Shown one piece after another: positions 61,199 to 64,000 of a stretch of 64,000 bases of DNA. How positions within the stretch are numbered: the first letter of the stretch is position 1; every line of letters starts with the position of its first letter. The DNA lies in NCBI RefSeq assembly GCF_000142905.1, contig NW_013657656.1, positions 217,758 through 281,757 of the forward strand, read 5' to 3'. A model generated the notes under the pieces. The model saw nothing but the letters and a program-made list of their open reading frames with translations. It did no database searches and was not told the DNA's origin. Position numbers and translations under genes: made by a program. This DNA is from Thecamonas trahens ATCC 50062 (taxonomy: Eukaryota > Protista > Apusomonadida).

Positions 61199-62461
61199 CT
61201 AGTAGCCATGGTAGCAGTCGCCGCAGCGTGAGAAGATGTTGGTGAGAACAACGGCGAGGAGGGCAGTAAAGAGGAAAGAGGAGATGACCGACCACGAGAT
61301 GACCTTGATCTGTCGCCGGTAGACAGCAAGATCGGTCCACTCGATGTATACCGCGTCCTGGAGAGAGATGCCTGGCGAGTAGAACGAGTTGAACTCAGTC
61401 TTGGCCATGGCGTTCGACGCTGACCGCTGGCAGGTGTCGAGAATCTTGCGCGACTTGATGCGTAGGCCACCGATGGCCTTGGCCCGTTCCCACATACCCT
61501 GCCGCCGGCCGCCGGTGACGTCGATGGCCGGGAACACCCGACACCCGTAGTTGCGCGGCTTCGCGCACGCGCACGCCCACACGCTGACCTGCTCGCGCGA
61601 CGTCGATGGTCTGGTCACAGGTGTGGTGTAGCTCGGGAGATGTAGGACGCCCGACTTGGTCCGCAGCTTGGAGATGTGCTCGCCGGTCACGCCCTGCCTC
61701 CAGCCGAGCTGTGGATCGGTAAATCGTGCAAACGAGCCGGCCGCCAGTGCCTCCAGCTGCGGCGAGCCGAGGTCTGGGACCGGCCCGTTGTACATCTCGA
61801 CTGGATCGTTGAGCACTCCGAGTAGTGCGAGATACACCCCACCAGTGCACGCCGCCACCGCACACGCCACCGCCATGGTCCCAAGCACGATGAAGAACTG
61901 GGCCGAGAGCTCGTCGTCGTGGTAAAAATTGATGTCGTCGATGTGCTCGGTCACGCCCGGCAGGTACCAGCAGAAGAAGATAATGATGGCGACGACAGGC
62001 ACGACAACTAGGAAGAGCACGAGGCCCACCACAAGCGGGACAATCGGCTCGCCAGACCCGTAGCCGAGAAATCGAATGATCAAATAGGTGTGGAAGAGAT
62101 GAACGAATGTAACCGTGAGGTACATGGCCGTAAACGGACACGGCTCCACGAGCGGGAGCCACCATGGCCGCGCATCATCAGCCGCGCCCGCCTGTCCTCT
62201 GCGACCTGCTTCCTGCTCCAGCCGCGCCACATCCGCCGCTGCCGCTTCAAGATTAGCAAACTCCACGCTTCCCCTCCTGGTCCCAGCCCCCGCCCCAGGT
62301 CTTCCCGGCGTTGTTGTTCTTCCAGGTGTGGTTGCTGCCGCAGGTGTGGCTGCACTCGGCCTGGTAGCCACCACACCCCGTGCTGCTACAGCCTCTTCAT
62401 ACGTAGGCAGCTCAATACCAGGACCTCCGGTGTAGCTTGGTGGTGACTCGGGAGTCGACAT
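61199..62461 (-). CDS. Uncharacterised four-TM protein, paralog 3
   Basis: PPSY and LPTY motifs; VWACACAKPRNYGCRVFPAIDVTGGRRQ. Confidence 0.8.
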   Translation of the reverse strand: MSTPESPPSYTGGPGIELPTYEEAVAARGVVATRPSAATPAAATTPGRTTTPGRPGAGAGTRRGSVEFANLEAAAADVARLEQEAGRRGQAGAADDARPWWLPLVEPCPFTAMYLTVTFVHLFHTYLIIRFLGYGSGEPIVPLVVGLVLFLVVVPVVAIIIFFCWYLPGVTEHIDDINFYHDDELSAQFFIVLGTMAVACAVAACTGGVYLALLGVLNDPVEMYNGPVPDLGSPQLEALAAGSFARFTDPQLGWRQGVTGEHISKLRTKSGVLHLPSYTTPVTRPSTSREQVSVWACACAKPRNYGCRVFPAIDVTGGRRQGMWERAKAIGGLRIKSRKILDTCQRSASNAMAKTEFNSFYSPGISLQDAVYIEWTDLAVYRRQIKVISWSVISSFLFTALLAVVLTNIFSRCGDCYHGY

Positions 62462-62876
62462 GATGGCTGCACCGTACGAGCCAGGCGAGTATACTCAGAG
62501 AGTACCCACGAGGTGCAGCAGAAAGATGTGTGCAGCCGATGGAAGTGAGGCCGGTGATGCGAGTCCGATTTGACGTGACCAATTGGAGGTCATCGGAATG
62601 GGGGTGAAGCTGCGGTGATGGTTGGAACCGATGGGGGACAGGATGGAAGGAAAGAAGGAAAGGAGGCGATGGAACGGTGGATCCATGGTTGGAAGAGGAA
62701 AAGGAGGGGGGTCGTTATCATTGACTCGGCGTCGCTGGGTGTTGCGTGTCGAGAGAGCCGTCGCACTTGCACTTGCACTCGCGCTCGCCGCCCTGGGTCT
62801 GCGCTCGCTCGGTCGCTATCCAGCGTTGCTCGGTCGCTGCTGGACTTGCCGCCCTGTGTCTGCGCCTACGTTGCCG

Positions 62877-63977
62877 CTATCCATCGCTTGGCTGTGGCCG
62901 AAGGAGCCAATCGTCGATGAGGACCCGTGTGCTGTCGTCACCACTGTTGTTGAGGACATAGACCCAGGCAGCGATGCGGACGCCGCGGCCGAGGGACGGG
63001 ACAGTGGCAAGATGGGCGAGGCGGAGGTACCATGAGCTCTCGGGAGGAGCGTCTGGGTCGTACTTCTCGATGGCATCGGCAGCGTGGAGCTTGGCGCTCC
63101 AAGTGGCTGGGTCGGGCCACGACATGAGACGGCCGGCGCCAGCAACCTCGGGCGAGTCAACAAGCATGGCGCCTGGATACGGTGCGTCATGCTTAGGCAG
63201 GAACAGCTGGAGTCCCTCCATGTGCGCGGCGTGGCTGACAGCGCCGGCTGTCCACTCGGCTGTCCACGGAGCGCCCGAGTCGTCGTCATCGCGGAGAGTG
63301 CCGTAGGTGAACATGCGCGCGATGGGCGTGTGTGCCCGATCCGCCATGGCCTCATCAATGGCCGGAAGCAGGGCATGCGGCGCAAAGTATGCTTTGACTG
63401 CAGCTGCATCGAGCTGTGCGTGATGCGCAGTGAGGCCGAGCGTGAGGACACGCATGTAGGCATCCGACGGGCTGCGCGGCTCCCAGCTCGCCACGTCGGG
63501 CGAGGTAAAGGTGACGATGGGCGCATCCTCAAAGGTGCCGACACACAGCGCGCGGCCGTACCACCGCGAGGGAAAGAGATCAAGGCCATCGAGGCCAGCA
63601 TCAACAAGCGCAGCAGGCGTCAGGCTCTTCGGCACGGGTGCCGAGTCGTTCTCCTCGCTCACCACGTGAACAAACTGATCCCATGTGAGCCGATGGATGA
63701 CGCCAAGAACATAGTCGCCATCAGCATCATCACCGGCAGCTGCAAGATCAGTCCGCTCGATGAACGCAACACCGCCGGTCCACACGCTCGACTCGCGATG
63801 AAAGGAAAGGCGGAAGCCGTCGAGGCGAAAGGGGAGCGAGTCAGACGGTGGTGCCGGATTGGCACACGCCTTGTGCGGATGGAGCATCGAGGGCAGGATG
63901 GAGCCGTCGAGGTAGCACATGAGTCGGTCGACGAGCATGTTCGACCCATACGACATGTACCATACCCCGTCCTGCAT
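62877..63977 (-). CDS. Tandem gamma-glutamylcyclotransferase (GGCT/AIG2-fold) protein
   Basis: Domain 1 WYMSYGSNM...PSDAY; domain 2 MFTYGTL...D.IE.Y.......Y.R...AWVYV. Confidence 0.72.
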   Translation of the reverse strand: MQDGVWYMSYGSNMLVDRLMCYLDGSILPSMLHPHKACANPAPPSDSLPFRLDGFRLSFHRESSVWTGGVAFIERTDLAAAGDDADGDYVLGVIHRLTWDQFVHVVSEENDSAPVPKSLTPAALVDAGLDGLDLFPSRWYGRALCVGTFEDAPIVTFTSPDVASWEPRSPSDAYMRVLTLGLTAHHAQLDAAAVKAYFAPHALLPAIDEAMADRAHTPIARMFTYGTLRDDDDSGAPWTAEWTAGAVSHAAHMEGLQLFLPKHDAPYPGAMLVDSPEVAGAGRLMSWPDPATWSAKLHAADAIEKYDPDAPPESSWYLRLAHLATVPSLGRGVRIAAWVYVLNNSGDDSTRVLIDDWLLRPQPSDG

Positions 63978-64000
63978 GGTGGTGGTTGGGTGGTTGGGAG

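Overview
GC-rich, gene-dense, intron-poor eukaryotic genomic DNA with five N-gaps. The style suggests a protist such as an apusomonad (Thecamonas-like); this is inference, not verified. About 33 protein-coding genes are packed with very short intergenic spaces. Recognisable genes: Rae1-like WD40, GH47 alpha-1,2-mannosidase, PAC2/PSMG2, NT-C2 (EEIG1-like), Vps15, MCM9, Xaa-Pro aminopeptidase 3/Icp55, PDI, ALG5, DHX33-like helicase, an SDR, an EF-hand protein, a cyclophilin, a dysbindin-like protein, JmjC, SERGEF-like RCC1, tropomyosin, Sec12, DUS4, NFX1, a TKL kinase, CNEP1R1/Spo7 and a tandem GGCT-fold protein. Most notable: (1) a three-member family of four-TM proteins I cannot assign, with a conserved Cys ectodomain and PY motifs; (2) an RRM protein with an RNA Pol II CTD-like heptad tail; (3) a multi-pass receptor joining FG-GAP propeller repeats, Cys-rich repeats and KY-like Ig modules, head-to-head with a TKL kinase that has an unusual N-terminal domain; (4) a 203-aa tropomyosin; (5) a DEP protein with a duplicated Dpy-30/RIIa-like module. 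Introns sit near 5' ends with GTAYG donors and CTCAC branch points. At least seven genes carry single-base-deletion frameshifts, mostly in homopolymers, probably sequencing errors. No rRNA, tRNA, CRISPR array or transposon was recognised. Family assignments come from motif recognition by eye.
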